A program made the position numbers and the translations under genes. A DNA stretch of 64,000 nt, taken from positions 1,058 to 65,057 of the forward strand of contig REEA01000106.1 in NCBI GenBank assembly GCA_007695305.1. The letters are read 5' to 3'. The stretch is from Bacteroidia bacterium. Lineage in GTDB: Bacteria > Bacteroidota > Bacteroidia > Bacteroidales > UBA7960. Position 1 is the stretch's first letter. The number at the start of each line of letters is the position of its first letter. Under the pieces are notes generated by a model that saw only the letters and a program-made list of their open reading frames with translations, was not told the DNA's origin and searched no databases. Positions 29,472 to 39,620 of this stretch are shown here, piece after piece.

Positions 29472-30200
29472 CTAGAAGAAAATGAAGGACATTCCAAGGC
29501 TGATGGGAGTCATGTTTTCGGCATGATTGTCATCGAAAATATTTGTGATGGGGTAATACATATAGAAGTTCACACTGCGATATCCGACCATAGCAGTCAA
29601 GCCAATCCGCAGCTTATTGATATTTCCCAGCTTGTGGGTTTTGATTTTTGCTGTGCGTTCCACTGTTGTAGTTTCTCCGGATTCATTGTCATTCAGGAAC
29701 TGAATGCCTCCCGGGCCTGAAAAAGTCAGCTTTCCTTCATATTTTGTGTGCGCATTCACAAGATAACCGGCTTTCATGCCTGCATATATCCTGAATGTTC
29801 TGTTTAAGTCCCTTGTCCTGTATCGAAGTTGTACCGGAACTTCCACATAATTCAGGCTTATTTTGTTTTTATCATGGCTGTATGGAATGGGATAAAAATC
29901 AAACCTGTTTTCATAGGTGTTGAAAAGATAGAAATGATCGCTATAGAGGTTGTGGCTTGTAAACCCAAGTCCGGCTGCTATACTGAAATTTGTTCTCCAG
30001 AGGGGCATGTCTTGCAACGCATTTATATTGATTCCCCTTTGAATAGTTTTCATATCCATCTGGTCGGGGGTATCTTGCCAGATATCGGAAAAGAGCGTTA
30101 CGATAAACCTGTCAGTCGGATGCATACGCGGGGGCTCAAAAGCACTCAGTGCTTGGCTGGTGATGGTAAATAATGCCAGGATGATCAGGAGGGTTTTCAT
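29472..30200 (-). CDS. Small outer-membrane beta-barrel protein (porin/PorT-like family)
   Basis: It has a signal peptide (MKTLLIILALFTITSQALSA), alternating aromatic beta-strand patterns and a terminal FIFF. Confidence 0.55.
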   Translation of the reverse strand: MKTLLIILALFTITSQALSAFEPPRMHPTDRFIVTLFSDIWQDTPDQMDMKTIQRGININALQDMPLWRTNFSIAAGLGFTSHNLYSDHFYLFNTYENRFDFYPIPYSHDKNKISLNYVEVPVQLRYRTRDLNRTFRIYAGMKAGYLVNAHTKYEGKLTFSGPGGIQFLNDNESGETTTVERTAKIKTHKLGNINKLRIGLTAMVGYRSVNFYMYYPITNIFDDNHAENMTPISLGMSFIFF

Positions 30201-30357
30201 GATTTGCTGTTTTAATGATATGTTGATTCGTTTTGATCTTGTTTGCTTAACGGCCTAAGCGCATTAAAATGTTGTAAACGGTTGCCAATTCATCTGTTTA
30301 TTGCGCTTCTTGTCTGTAAATGTAACAAAAACTTTTCATCATCAGGCCTGATAAGCG

Positions 30358-31305
30358 TTATGAAAAATCCATATATTTTTCAAAAGATGCCCAGTATGGA
30401 ACAGGCACCTTCAGTCTTTTGGCTGTATAAAGCACATCATAATATTGTTTCTTTTTTTCGGAAGCCCCGTGTTTCATGTGTGCATCCATGGATGCTGCAG
30501 TTTCATCGTCGAACTGTCTTTTTGTTAATGATACCAGGATAAAGGAAGGAAGAAAAAACTTATTAAAGGGAAATAACGGTACTGGTTTGACTCCTTTTCT
30601 CCGGATAATTTTTTGACCCTCTTTTAAAGCCATCAGGTATTGTTTGATCAGGGTATTGTTAGCAACAAACAACCTTGCGTTGCCCGCTTTGCTGATAAGT
30701 CCGGGAGTAATTGCGGATAAGAGATAATAATGGGCCATCCAGTCGGTGATATTTTTTTTGATGCCAGGTTGCAGGCCTGATGTCTCAAAGATGGCTGCAA
30801 TTTGTTTCACTCGTTCTGTTACTTCTCCATTAACTTCACCGATAATCGTATGTCCTTTTTTAAAGAAAAAGCTATTGATGCCGTTTTCAATTTGTCCGCC
30901 GGCAATTAAACCCGGGAATCCCAGGCAAAACCTTCCTTTTGGGAAATGTTTTTCTGCATAATTAAGCTCATCCCAGATGTTTCCCAAAAGCAAAACATCA
31001 GCATCGGCTGAATATTTTGAAATATAAGGAATGACATCCTGCCATTGATTGCTTTTTACCGAAACAATAATCAGGTTAAAAGCATTTTTTGGATCAAGTT
31101 TATCTATTACTTTTGGTCTGAAAACAGTTTTTCCCATGATATGTTTTCCCTGCCGGTTGTCGCTGTATGTAATTGAAACTCCGGAATGCCCGTATCTGAC
31201 CATTCGCAGTTTCCGGACAAATAACGTTACATCGTGACCGGCTTCCTGAAGCTGCCAGGCATAGGCAGTACCAATTACTCCTGCTCCGAATATCAGTATC
31301 TTCAT
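30358..31305 (-). CDS. Ketopantoate reductase family NAD(P)-dependent oxidoreductase
   Basis: It has the N-terminal Rossmann motif MKILIFGAGVIGTAYA, and its length and layout are ApbA/PanE-like. Confidence 0.6.
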   Translation of the reverse strand: MKILIFGAGVIGTAYAWQLQEAGHDVTLFVRKLRMVRYGHSGVSITYSDNRQGKHIMGKTVFRPKVIDKLDPKNAFNLIIVSVKSNQWQDVIPYISKYSADADVLLLGNIWDELNYAEKHFPKGRFCLGFPGLIAGGQIENGINSFFFKKGHTIIGEVNGEVTERVKQIAAIFETSGLQPGIKKNITDWMAHYYLLSAITPGLISKAGNARLFVANNTLIKQYLMALKEGQKIIRRKGVKPVPLFPFNKFFLPSFILVSLTKRQFDDETAASMDAHMKHGASEKKKQYYDVLYTAKRLKVPVPYWASFEKYMDFS

Positions 31306-31572
31306 TTGTTTGGTATTAGATTGATTGTTAAACGGTAAATGTTGTTTTCACATTATGTTTATTGACTTATTCAGGCTTGTGTTTCATTTGCACGGTGGTT
31401 TGTGTCCTTTCAGGTTACCCTGCCGGGAGACAACGGAATTATTATGACTCATCTGCATCTCTTTTGTTGAACTTATCATCAAAATTAACAACACTCTGTC
31501 AAATATTGCATTATTTTTATATATTGGCTGTAATTTTTATGTTTTTAATGATTCGGTGAATTAAACAAATCA

Positions 31573-33681
31573 ATGAAACGCTTGCAATATCTGGATACAC
31601 CTGTGGAGTATCTAAAGGGGGTTGGGCCCAAGAGGGCGGACTTGTTAAGGGAGGAACTTGAAATTTTTACGTTTCAGGATTTGTTGCATTTTTATCCTTT
31701 CCGGTATATTGATCGCAGCCGGTTTTTCACGGTAAGTGAGGTGCGGGCGGATATGCTTTATGTACAGATCAGGGGTCGCATAACCGACATTCAGTTACAT
31801 GGAAAAAACCGGACCACCCGGATGACGGCCTGGCTTGAAGATGCCACGGGAAGAATTGAATTGGTATGGTTTCGGGGGTTCAAGTGGTTGAAAGATCAGT
31901 TTAAGCCCGGTGTTGAATATATTGTTTTCGGTAAGCCTTCCTTGTTTGGGAGTAAATTTACTATTGCTCACCCTGAGGTAGAGCCGGTGACGCCAGGTGC
32001 CATAAACCAGGATTCGGCTATGCAGCCTGTTTACAACTCCACGGAGAAACTAAAATCAATGGGATTGGACAGCCGGGGGATTGGCAAGTTGGTTAAAACC
32101 CTTTTGCCGCAGGTTAGGGATCACATCCGTGAAACTTTGCCATCGCATATTTTAGCTTCGTTAAAAATGCTTCCCAGGGATGAATGTTTGCTGAATGTTC
32201 ATTTTCCAGTAAATGACATCTTGTTAAAGAAGGCGCGTGCGCGTTTGAAGTTTGAAGAGCTGTTTTATATACAGGTCAATCTTTTGCAAAACAGGATGTT
32301 GCGAAACAGCAAGTTGCAGGGTCATGTTTTTACACAAATTGGGGATTACTTCAATGATTTTTTTCACAAGCATTTGTCTTTTTCGCTGACTGCTGCCCAG
32401 AAACGTGTTTTGAAGGAGATTCGTGGTGACACGCTTTCCGGGCGGCAGATGAACCGGTTGCTTCAGGGTGATGTGGGCAGTGGAAAGACCATTGTAGCAT
32501 TGATGAGTATGCTGATGGCCATCGACAATGGTTTTCAGTCATCTCTTATGGCCCCGACGGAGATCCTGGCTTTTCAGCATTACGAATCGATATCCACGAT
32601 GTTAAGACCATTGGGTTTGCGAATTGGTTTACTGACGGGGTCTACAAAGTCGGCGGATCGCCGGGAAATTTTGGCAGATCTGAAAGAAGGAAGGTTGGAT
32701 ATATTGATTGGGACGCATGCCTTGATTGAGGATGTTGTTCGTTTTAAGCGTTTAGGTCTGGTGGTGATCGATGAGCAGCACAGGTTTGGGGTGGCTCAGA
32801 GAGCCAGGTTATGGTCGAAAAGCCAGGTGCCGCCTCATGTATTGGTTATGACCGCGACACCGATACCGCGTACATTGGCCATGACGCTTTACGGTGATCT
32901 GGATGTTTCGGTAATAGACGAATTGCCGCCGGGTCGTAAGCCGATTAAAACCCTTCATCAGTATGACCGGAACCGTCTGAAGGTTTTTGGTTTCATGCGT
33001 GAACAAATCAAAAGTGGCCGGCAGGTATATGTTGTATATCCTTTAATACAGGAGTCGGAGAAGCTTGATTTGAAGGATCTGACTGATGGTTATGAGAGTA
33101 TCGTTAGGGATTTCCCGCCGCCGCGGTATTCGGTAAGCATTGTTCATGGACGGATGAAGCCTGCGGACAAGGACTATGAGATGCAGCGATTTGCGCAGGG
33201 ACATACACACATCATGGTGGCGACCACCGTTATAGAGGTTGGGATAGATGTTCCCAATGCTACGGTTATGGTTATAGAGAGTGCTGAGCGTTTTGGTTTG
33301 TCGCAGTTGCACCAGTTGCGCGGCCGTGTCGGACGGGGGGCAGAACAGTCTTATTGCATATTGATGTCGAAAGACGAGCTCAGCATCGATGCCCGCAAGC
33401 GGTTGGAGGTGATGGTAACGACCAATGATGGTTTTCGGATTGCAGAAACGGATTTGCAGCTCAGGGGGCCGGGAGATATCCAGGGTACGCAACAGAGCGG
33501 CATTTTGGATTTAAAAATTGCTGATCTGACCCAGGATGAGGGCATTTTACAATTTGCCAGGAAACAGGCGAAGAGGCTGCTTGAGGATGATCCTATGCTT
33601 GACAAATCCGCGAACCGTATTGTGAGAGCACAATTGAATAAACTATATCCAGAGAGTGTTCAGTGGGGTCGCATTAGTTAA
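31573..33681 (+). CDS. recG: ATP-dependent DNA helicase RecG
   Basis: The 702-aa protein has a wedge domain followed by SF2 helicase motifs (GDVGSGKT, DEQHRFGV, TATPIPRT, QLRGRVGRG). Confidence 0.9.
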   Translation: MKRLQYLDTPVEYLKGVGPKRADLLREELEIFTFQDLLHFYPFRYIDRSRFFTVSEVRADMLYVQIRGRITDIQLHGKNRTTRMTAWLEDATGRIELVWFRGFKWLKDQFKPGVEYIVFGKPSLFGSKFTIAHPEVEPVTPGAINQDSAMQPVYNSTEKLKSMGLDSRGIGKLVKTLLPQVRDHIRETLPSHILASLKMLPRDECLLNVHFPVNDILLKKARARLKFEELFYIQVNLLQNRMLRNSKLQGHVFTQIGDYFNDFFHKHLSFSLTAAQKRVLKEIRGDTLSGRQMNRLLQGDVGSGKTIVALMSMLMAIDNGFQSSLMAPTEILAFQHYESISTMLRPLGLRIGLLTGSTKSADRREILADLKEGRLDILIGTHALIEDVVRFKRLGLVVIDEQHRFGVAQRARLWSKSQVPPHVLVMTATPIPRTLAMTLYGDLDVSVIDELPPGRKPIKTLHQYDRNRLKVFGFMREQIKSGRQVYVVYPLIQESEKLDLKDLTDGYESIVRDFPPPRYSVSIVHGRMKPADKDYEMQRFAQGHTHIMVATTVIEVGIDVPNATVMVIESAERFGLSQLHQLRGRVGRGAEQSYCILMSKDELSIDARKRLEVMVTTNDGFRIAETDLQLRGPGDIQGTQQSGILDLKIADLTQDEGILQFARKQAKRLLEDDPMLDKSANRIVRAQLNKLYPESVQWGRIS

Positions 33682-33706
33682 GCAGCCCGGGAGCGAAATG
33701 GTTTGA

Positions 33707-33741
33707 TAAAAAAAAGCGCAATAAATGTTGCGCTTTTTTTA
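33707..33741. terminator. Bidirectional intrinsic terminator between convergent recG and tonB
   Basis: The stem agcgcaa / ttgcgct is flanked by A8 on the left and T7 on the right. Confidence 0.6.
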
Positions 33742-33761
33742 TCATATATTTTGTTTGTTTG

Positions 33762-34439
33762 CTAGTTCAGCCTGAAACGGATGGGCATGTTAAACTGCAC
33801 CCTTACGGGTTGGCCTCTTTGGCGACCGGGTTGCCATCGTGGCATCATGCTGACTACTCTTACTGCTTCTTCGTCGCATCCACCGCCAATTCCGCGCAAT
33901 ACGCGAACATCTGTTACACTGCCATCTGTTTCAACTACGAAGGTTACAAATACGGTGCCTTGTATACCGGCTTCACGTGCCATTTGGGGGTACCTCAGGT
34001 TTTGTTCCAGGAATCTTTGCCTGGCTTCTTCTCCACCCGGGAATTCCGGTTGGTCTTCCACAACAGTGAAGATCACCTCATCGTCAAATTCCTCTTCTTC
34101 CTCCATGATAATCGGTGTAAACTCCTGTACTTCTGTGAACACGTCGGCATCAATGTCAATGGTAAACTCTTCTTCGAGTTCCACATCATCATCTACGATA
34201 ATCAATTCCTGTGATGGTTCAGGTGGAGGAGGGGGTGGTGGTTGTTCCTGGCGGGTGATGGGGATATCTTCCTCTTCAATAAAATCTATCTCAAGGGTTC
34301 CCAGGTCGATTTCAGGACGTTCATAGTGCCTCCATTCAAAAGCGACAAGCGCAACCCCCAGAGCCAGGGCAATGCCTATCTGCAAAAAGACCCGCTTTTT
34401 GCTTTCAAGGTCTGCTTTTGGTGATTTTTTTGCTTCCAT
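33762..34439 (-). CDS. tonB: TonB family energy transducer
   Basis: It has an N-terminal anchor, a Pro-rich spacer (PPPPPPPEP) and a TonB C-terminal domain (PEFPGG...YPQMAREAGIQGTV). Confidence 0.85.
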   Translation of the reverse strand: MEAKKSPKADLESKKRVFLQIGIALALGVALVAFEWRHYERPEIDLGTLEIDFIEEEDIPITRQEQPPPPPPPEPSQELIIVDDDVELEEEFTIDIDADVFTEVQEFTPIIMEEEEEFDDEVIFTVVEDQPEFPGGEEARQRFLEQNLRYPQMAREAGIQGTVFVTFVVETDGSVTDVRVLRGIGGGCDEEAVRVVSMMPRWQPGRQRGQPVRVQFNMPIRFRLN

Positions 34440-34553
34440 ATTCTCCTGTTGGTTTTTGGGATGTTTTTATATGGCTAATCAGCGTCGAAAATAATGCGCT
34501 AATATACAAAGTATTTTAACACAAACAAGACAAATTTTGGTTTTTGATGCAAA

Positions 34554-34964
34554 TCAGCCTGTTTTCTGTTTGGTGCAAAATTTACTGTAAAGAAACATAC
34601 CAAAAACTGTTCCAAAACCATTTGCCAACATATCCGGGATGCTTCCATGGCGTTCTTTGAGGCAGCAGTATTGAAAAAGTTCGGTGAGAATCCCGAATAA
34701 TATTGCAATACTGAATACGATGAGTAGCTTTTGCCGCTTCAGTGGTTTGTTTTTTTGTTGCCCGGAAAAACCAAAGAGCAACCATAGGCTGAAAACACAA
34801 AACAGCTTAAAATGGATGACTTTGTCTACATGGGGAATATTCAGGGCGTCCACCTCGGGTATGCTATCCGGCGGCATGCTGATAACCCCAAAAATAAAAC
34901 CGGCCCACAGAAGAGCCGGTAAAAAGTACAATGCGTGTTTATGGTCAGACCACTTTATACACAT
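34554..34964 (-). CDS. VanZ-like family membrane protein
   Basis: The 136-aa protein has four predicted transmembrane helices with a VanZ-like pattern (HFKLF..., DMLANGFG). Confidence 0.55.
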   Translation of the reverse strand: MCIKWSDHKHALYFLPALLWAGFIFGVISMPPDSIPEVDALNIPHVDKVIHFKLFCVFSLWLLFGFSGQQKNKPLKRQKLLIVFSIAILFGILTELFQYCCLKERHGSIPDMLANGFGTVFGMFLYSKFCTKQKTG

Positions 34965-34976
34965 AGATCATCGGGA

Positions 34977-35357
34977 TCAGGCACCGATCAATTCCTTATA
35001 TTGCTCTGCAGTGAGCAGATCATCCGCATCTGACGGGTCTTTCACTTTTATTTTGATAATCCATCCATCACCATAGGGATCTTTGTTGATGATGTCGGGG
35101 GTTGCTTCCAGTTCTTCGTTGAACTCGGTTACTTCTCCGCTGATGGGCATAAACAGGTCAGAAACAGTTTTCACTGCTTCAATGGTTCCGAAGGTTTCTT
35201 CTTTGTCCAGTTCTTCTCCTTCGGTATCCACTTCAACGAAAACGATGTCGCCGAGCTCGCTTTGTGCAAAATCAGTGATTCCAACGGTAGCTGTTTCACC
35301 TTCTATTTTCACCCATTCATGGTCTTTGGTGTACTTCAGATTTTCAGGAATGTTCAT
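34977..35357 (-). CDS. gcvH: Glycine cleavage system protein H
   Basis: The 126-aa protein has the start YTKDHEWV and the lipoyl-lysine region [12 protein letters not shown]. Confidence 0.9.
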   Translation of the reverse strand: MNIPENLKYTKDHEWVKIEGETATVGITDFAQSELGDIVFVEVDTEGEELDKEETFGTIEAVKTVSDLFMPISGEVTEFNEELEATPDIINKDPYGDGWIIKIKVKDPSDADDLLTAEQYKELIGA

Positions 35358-35407
35358 TTCTGGGGGGTTTTTAATGAATGATTGAATTTGTTGATCATTA
35401 TCCGGGC

Positions 35408-35415
35408 CAAAAATA
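35408..35415 (-). promoter_or_regulatory. Candidate -7 promoter box for gcvH
   Basis: The minus strand reads TATTTTTG about 50 nt upstream of the ATG at 35357. Confidence 0.35.
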
Positions 35416-35534
35416 CAACCTTTTTTTTAGCAAAAAAAATCCTATGTGCATAAGGTTTGCCAAGGTGTTTAAACGGGGTGACTATTCAGGACCTATGGCT
35501 TTGCCCCATAAGTTTTCCTGCAATGCACACGTTA

Positions 35535-35837
35535 TCAGAAAAGACCCAATTCGAGCATGGCTCCATCCGACATATTGTCTTTTGACCATGGTGGATCAAA
35601 CACGAGTTCCACATGTGCCTTACTGACTCCTTGCACATGTTGCACTGCTTCTGCTACTTTGGCCGGCAGCTCGTCTGCAACGGGGCAATTGGGATTCGTC
35701 AGGGTCATTTGAAGGTTTACTTTGCCATTACTCTCTATATCGATCTTGTAGATCAGTCCGAGATCATAGACATTTACCGGGATTTCGGGGTCAAACACTG
35801 TTTTGAGTGCATCAATGATATCAGATTCTTTTAGCAT
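35535..35837 (-). CDS. DUF59/SufT-like Fe-S cluster assembly protein
   Basis: The 100-aa protein has the motifs VFDPEIPVNVYDLGLIY and TLTNPNCPV, and it sits at the end of the suf cluster. Confidence 0.8.
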   Translation of the reverse strand: MLKESDIIDALKTVFDPEIPVNVYDLGLIYKIDIESNGKVNLQMTLTNPNCPVADELPAKVAEAVQHVQGVSKAHVELVFDPPWSKDNMSDGAMLELGLF

Positions 35838-35924
35838 ACCGGTGGATGATTTTATTATAAAAAGGATTGTTTGTCAGATGCACCAATTTAAGTGCAAAAA
35901 ATGGGAAACGGGCTTTCCGTTAAT

Positions 35925-36365
35925 TCACTGATTATTGTTTTGGGGCATACTTTTTTGAAAGGCCAGTGCATAAAGTTTCATTTGTTTGATCATATTGAGA
36001 AGGCCGTTGGATCTTGTTTGGGAGAGGTGTTCCCTGAGGCCGATCTGATCGATAAAGGCCATGTCGGCATCTATGATTTCTTGTGGGGGTTGACCGGAAA
36101 GGACCTTTATAAGCAGGGCAATAATCCCTTTGGTAATGAGTGCATCACTGTCGGCGGTATAGATGACTTTGCCTTCCTTGTAATCTGCATGAAGCCACAC
36201 CTGTGCCTGGCAGCCGCGGATAAGGTATTTTTCCTGTTTATATTCGGGATTGATCTCAGGGACGGATTTTCCAAGTTCAATAATGTAATTGTATTTATCC
36301 ATCCAATCATCAAAAATCTCAAACTCTTCAATAATTTCTTGTTCTTTTTCTTTAATGCCTGACAT
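35925..36365 (-). CDS. sufE: SufE family sulfur acceptor protein
   Basis: The 146-aa protein has the SufE motif IRGCQAQVWL containing the acceptor Cys. Confidence 0.8.
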   Translation of the reverse strand: MSGIKEKEQEIIEEFEIFDDWMDKYNYIIELGKSVPEINPEYKQEKYLIRGCQAQVWLHADYKEGKVIYTADSDALITKGIIALLIKVLSGQPPQEIIDADMAFIDQIGLREHLSQTRSNGLLNMIKQMKLYALAFQKSMPQNNNQ

Positions 36366-36377
36366 GATTGTGCAATT

Positions 36378-36851
36378 TTATTTCAACAGCATATTTTTTT
36401 CATCTTCGCTGAGGTTGAGGTCAGCTGCGGTTTTAAATGGAGTAGGTCTTGCAAGGATAAGAAAAATGATAATGATGGCCAAAACGACGATCAGGTTGGT
36501 GTCGCCGGTCATGATGAAAAACAGGCAGGTGATTAGACCTGCGGCGACGATCATGAGTAACCTGAAGCGGATAATGCGGCTGTAGGCATCAATTTTTTCG
36601 TGTATAGCCATTGTGTTGTCCATTTTTTTGATCCGGAACTGGGGGAATGCATAAGCTAATACCAGGATCAGGGCTGTGATGGCGATGTTTATGGACTTGA
36701 ACAGGGCCGTTTGCTGCGGATGTTGTTGATATAATGGCCCATAATTGCTGACCATAATTGAGGCAAGCAGGAGCAGGAGAATCAGGATAAAAAACATGGC
36801 TCCGTAAACTTTGTTAAGCTTTCTGAATGTGGTCAGGGCGTTTTGTTCCAT
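36378..36851 (-). CDS. Hypothetical four-TM membrane protein embedded in the suf operon
   Basis: The 157-aa ORF has four hydrophobic segments and no recognisable motif. It is tightly packed between sufS and sufE. Confidence 0.5.
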   Translation of the reverse strand: MEQNALTTFRKLNKVYGAMFFILILLLLLASIMVSNYGPLYQQHPQQTALFKSINIAITALILVLAYAFPQFRIKKMDNTMAIHEKIDAYSRIIRFRLLMIVAAGLITCLFFIMTGDTNLIVVLAIIIIFLILARPTPFKTAADLNLSEDEKNMLLK

Positions 36852-36869
36852 AATGCGTATTTATTAAGT

Positions 36870-38090
36870 TTAGCCAAACATTTCTCTGACTTTGGCAAGG
36901 GCTTTTACAAGGACATCAATTTCCTCTTTTGTGTTGTACAGTGCGAATGAGATCCTCACGGTTCCGGGTATTTGAAAATGATCCATGACTGGTTGGGCAC
37001 AATGGTGGCCGGTGCGAACTGCAATCCCCAATTTGTCGAGGATTGTTCCGGTGTCGTAGGGGTGAATATCGTTGAACAGAAAAGACACAACACTGGTTCG
37101 TTGTTCTGCTGTACCTATGAACCGGATGTTTTCCAATTCGGAAAGCCGGTTAATTGCGTACTGCAGCAAGTCGTTTTCATGACGGGCGATGGCTTTATGT
37201 CCGACTTCAAGGATAAACTGAATGGCTTTTTCCATACCAAGCACATCTGCCACATTTGGTGTTCCAGCTTCAAACTTGAAGGGTAATTCGTTATAGGTAG
37301 TTTTTTTGAAACTCACCTCTTTGATCATTTCACCTCCACTCTGGTAGGGGGGCATTTGTTCCAGCCATTTTTCTTTACCGAAGAGGACGCCAACGCCCAT
37401 TGGGCCATACATTTTGTGACCTGAAAAACAATAGAAGTCGCAATCGAGTGCTTTTACATCAATGGGAATATGCGGTGCTGCCTGTGCTCCATCAACGAGA
37501 ACGGCAGTATTGTTTTGGTGTGCAAGCTGGATAATCTCTTTAACAGGGTTAATGGTTCCGAGGGAATTGCTCACATGGGTAACGGCCACCAATTTGGTTT
37601 TCTCTGACAAAAGCTTTCGGTATTGATCCATTCGAAGCTCTCCCTTTTCGTTCATTGGGATGATTTTCAGATGTGCCTGGTGGTTTTCGCAGGCGATTTG
37701 CCAGGGTACGATATTGGAGTGGTGTTCCATTTCAGAAATCAGTACTTCATCGCCGGGATTCAGAAATTTTTTAGAGAATGCATATGCAACCAGGTTGATT
37801 GATTCGGTTGTTCCGCGTGTAAAGATGACCTCATGGTTTTGGCCGGCATTGATGAATTTCCGGATGTTTTCCCGTGCCTGTTCGTATGCTTCGGTTGCCA
37901 GTTGGCTTAAGTAGTGTGCGCCCCTGTGGATGTTGCTGTTTTCGGATTCATAGTAATGGCGAAGCCGGTCAATGACGGCCACCGGTTTTTGGGTGGTGGC
38001 AGCATTGTCGAAATAGACCAGTGGTCTTTTATTTACTGTAAGGCCAAGGATTGGAAATTGTTTTCTTAGGATGTCTTCTTTTACTGCCAT
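36870..38090 (-). CDS. sufS: Cysteine desulfurase, SufS subfamily
   Basis: The 406-aa class V aminotransferase has the PLP-lysine region SGHKMYGP and the active-site segment RTGHHCAQP. Confidence 0.9.
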   Translation of the reverse strand: MAVKEDILRKQFPILGLTVNKRPLVYFDNAATTQKPVAVIDRLRHYYESENSNIHRGAHYLSQLATEAYEQARENIRKFINAGQNHEVIFTRGTTESINLVAYAFSKKFLNPGDEVLISEMEHHSNIVPWQIACENHQAHLKIIPMNEKGELRMDQYRKLLSEKTKLVAVTHVSNSLGTINPVKEIIQLAHQNNTAVLVDGAQAAPHIPIDVKALDCDFYCFSGHKMYGPMGVGVLFGKEKWLEQMPPYQSGGEMIKEVSFKKTTYNELPFKFEAGTPNVADVLGMEKAIQFILEVGHKAIARHENDLLQYAINRLSELENIRFIGTAEQRTSVVSFLFNDIHPYDTGTILDKLGIAVRTGHHCAQPVMDHFQIPGTVRISFALYNTKEEIDVLVKALAKVREMFG

Positions 38091-38104
38091 AGGGGCGTTG
38101 TTGT

Positions 38105-39511
38105 TTATAATTTGCTCAGATCAATATTAAAGCTAGTGGGTTCTTTGCTGTTGCAATGCAGCACACATTGTTCGCAAATGGAGAGTTCTCCTTTCAGTCG
38201 TTTTTCGACCATGTTTGTTATTCGTGCTCTGAGTGCATCTATGGAAATTTTTTGCACTACTTCTCCGGCAAATGCGATCATCATCATTTGGCGTGCTGTT
38301 CTCTCACACAGTCCTCTTGAGCGTAAATAGAACATGGCATTGGGATCAAGCTGGCCGACGGTGGCACCGTGAGAGCATTTAACATCGTCTGCATAGATTT
38401 CGAGGTGTGGTTGTGTATTTGCTTTGGCTTCGTCGGTGAGAAGGATATTTTTATTGTTCTGGAAAGCCTTTGTTTGTTGAGCATGGCGACGTACCATTAC
38501 TTTGCCTGAAAATACTGCTTTGGCTTCATCGTCGAGGATTCCTTTGTAGAGTTGGTTGCTGGTTGAACCGGGTGCTCTATGGTCGATATTCAGTTGATTG
38601 TCTACATGCTGGTTGCTGTCGACCAGGTAAAGTCCATAATGGTCCGATTCACATTTTGTTCCATCGATTGTTACTTCCACTATATTTTTTGTAAAACCGC
38701 CATTTAGCGTAATGATGTTGCTGGATACCCTGCTGTTTTCTTTTTGGTGAAAGAAGCTATGGGTGATCAATGCGGAGTTTCGTCCTTTGTTTTGCATTTT
38801 GTAGTGTTCTACCCTGGCTCCTTCTTCAGCAAACACTTCCAGGACGGTGTTGGTAAAGCTGATGTTGTGTGTTAGTGAGTGGTCGCAATGTACGAGGGTA
38901 ATGGATGCGTTTTTTCCAACGATGACCAGGTGGCGGGGCTGAAGAAAAACGGGTTGTTCTGCATTAACGATATTGATTAATTGAACGGGTTTTTCAACAT
39001 TGGTATTTTCGGGCACAAAAATAAACAAGCCATCCTGCAGAAAGGCTGTATTTAGCGCGGCCATTTCGTGCTGCTCGGTTGCTGCTGCCTTGCCCAGATA
39101 CCTGTCAACCAGATCAGGATACACTTCCATTGCTTTTGCCAGGCTGCCGACAATGGTTCCATCGGCGAGTCTGGTCAGTGGTGCATGCTTGTATATGAGC
39201 CAACCGTTGAGTAAAGTGTGGCTATAGGTATCCAGATCATATACATCACAGGTAAATATTTTTTCAATGTCGGTGCTTTTGCTTTGATTGCGAAAATCAA
39301 AGGCGAACTCTGTGTTTAATAAGGGTGTAAGGTCGGTGAACCGCCAGCTTTCTTTTTTTGTTGTTGGAAACCCATTGGTTTTAAACCTTGTCAGTGCATG
39401 TTTTCTGATTCTGTTCACCATTGGTGTTGCGTTACCCCTTATGTTGTGTTGTTCTGTTTCAAACAGTTCAAGGAGTTTGTCTTTGATCAGTGTGGTATAC
39501 ATGGTATTCAT
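38105..39511 (-). CDS. sufD: Fe-S cluster assembly protein SufD
   Basis: The 468-aa protein has a SufB/D beta-helix region and lies between sufC and sufS. Its C-terminal tail carries CEQCVLHC. Confidence 0.8.
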   Translation of the reverse strand: MNTMYTTLIKDKLLELFETEQHNIRGNATPMVNRIRKHALTRFKTNGFPTTKKESWRFTDLTPLLNTEFAFDFRNQSKSTDIEKIFTCDVYDLDTYSHTLLNGWLIYKHAPLTRLADGTIVGSLAKAMEVYPDLVDRYLGKAAATEQHEMAALNTAFLQDGLFIFVPENTNVEKPVQLINIVNAEQPVFLQPRHLVIVGKNASITLVHCDHSLTHNISFTNTVLEVFAEEGARVEHYKMQNKGRNSALITHSFFHQKENSRVSSNIITLNGGFTKNIVEVTIDGTKCESDHYGLYLVDSNQHVDNQLNIDHRAPGSTSNQLYKGILDDEAKAVFSGKVMVRRHAQQTKAFQNNKNILLTDEAKANTQPHLEIYADDVKCSHGATVGQLDPNAMFYLRSRGLCERTARQMMMIAFAGEVVQKISIDALRARITNMVEKRLKGELSICEQCVLHCNSKEPTSFNIDLSKL

Positions 39512-39620
39512 TTGTTCAGATTTTTGTTGACGGCCATTTTTGTTTCCTTGTTTCTGATTTACCGACTTTTTGTGTTTTGCATTAAGCGTGTCAGGTCATA
39601 CAACGGACTTATGAGCCTTA

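Noticed and set aside
33781-34326. A 181-aa plus-strand Ser-rich ORF, plus a 151-aa ORF at 33759-34214
   Set aside because: Both are antisense to the TonB gene and arise from its Pro/Glu-rich spacer. TonB has clear N-anchor, Pro-rich and C-terminal domain features.
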